A stretch of 22,318 nucleotides of DNA from Ginkgo biloba (taxonomy: Eukaryota; Plantae; Ginkgophyta): positions 193,390,194 through 193,412,511 of the forward strand of contig JANKJI020000002.1 in the NCBI GenBank assembly GCA_024626585.2, read 5' to 3'. The position numbers and the translations under genes are program-made. The notes beneath the pieces were generated by a model. That model was not told where the DNA came from. It saw nothing but the letters and a program-made list of their open reading frames with translations, and did no database searches. Below, piece after piece: positions 21,574 to 22,318 of this stretch. How positions within the stretch are numbered: the first letter of the stretch is position 1; every line of letters begins with the position of its first letter.

Positions 21574-21669
21574 TGATCGAGTGGTAGTAAGTTTGAAGAA
21601 ATCCATCTTTAGCAAATGCTCAATAAAATTCCTCTTAAAGAGACCATCATCGATGGCTAGAACATGCAT
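21574..21669 (-). pseudogene. Type-A response regulator (cytokinin ARR-like) receiver-domain N-terminal fragment
   Basis: MHVLAIDDGLFKRNFIEHLLKMDFFKLTTTRS matches the type-A RR pattern HVLAVDDS.VDRK.IERLL+.SS.KVT.VDS. Similarity stops after about 30 codons, before the phospho-accepting Asp (ITDY.MP), so the rest of the 61-aa ORF appears unrelated. Confidence 0.85.
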
Positions 21670-22169
21670 TTTAGATCCATTAATCTACATCTCTAAATAA
21701 AAAATCATTTATGCATTAAAAATTTCCTTATCCTCTCCATTATTATCATAGGGGGTGCTTATCCCATTGCTCAACAAGACTAATATAAACACTTTTAACT
21801 CATTATGCATTGTAATACAATGCAACATTTCTCAGCTATAATACAAGGACATAAAGAACATCGAATCCATAAAAATTATAAATAAATGATGAAGAGAAGA
21901 CATGTATCTTTAATAGATTCCCTCACATAGAGAAAAGGAAAATCCACACTACCAACAATCGAATTATTGACTTTCTATCTCTTCCTTTACATGCCTTCTA
22001 TAAGCAATAGGGGAGTAGAGATGATGTATGCGGCAAGAGGGGTTCGTATTGGGAGGGTTATGTAGTCAGATAGACCCCAAGAAAAGAAGAGTTATAGAAA
22101 GGGAAAGTGAATGGGATATCAGTAGAGAAAACTTTTTATTTATTTCCCTACATATAAAGAATACACTTT

Positions 22170-22318
22170 AAATTGATATGTTGGCTTACAGGTAGGATCT
22201 ACAATATAGAAAAAGGGATTCAATCTGGATTTTTAGAATTTTGTATCCAAGAGATACAAGGTGATTTTCATGATATGAGGATTTCTCGACTAACATTATG
22301 GTTGTCTACCCTCAGATG
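22170..22318 (+). mobile_element. Possible LINE AP-endonuclease N-terminus relic
   Basis: N*YVGL (22171-22188, cf. SWNVRGL) is followed about 25 codons later, across a frameshift, by FCIQEI (cf. LCLQETK). These are short motifs only. Confidence 0.3.

Noticed and set aside
15341-21669. LOX and response-regulator fragments as a functional gene cluster or new system
   Set aside because: Both are truncated and inactivated, about 6 kb apart, and separated by an unrelated LINE and several gaps. There is no evidence of a shared element or transcript.

Overview
This is an AT-rich, CpG-poor eukaryotic (land-plant) intergenic window of heavily decayed transposable elements, broken by about 25 N-gaps; I find no intact gene. 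It holds three L1-type LINE ORF2 relics (about 2160-3560 -, 10433-11553 +, 18290-20690 -). It also holds a Ty3/Gypsy Tat-type pol relic with domain order protease - additional RNase H - RT - RNase H (11991-14300 +); that order fits TatI/TatII and suggests a gymnosperm or lycophyte host. A small LTR element with no recognisable coding domain (8261-10332+) has a PBS, a PPT and a 3' LTR, but its 5' LTR is a 185-bp fold-back palindrome. There are several other LTR fragments, a diverged local duplication (1-567 vs 1511-2150) and a degenerate 20-23-bp minisatellite (20885-21076). Two host-gene fragments are present: the 3' end of a lipoxygenase (15341-15692 -) and the N-terminal part of a type-A response regulator receiver domain (21574-21669 -). 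The fold-back LTR is the most unusual structure. I see no convincing evidence of a new multi-gene system. All translations and alignments were done by eye, and boundaries are approximate unless a motif is quoted.
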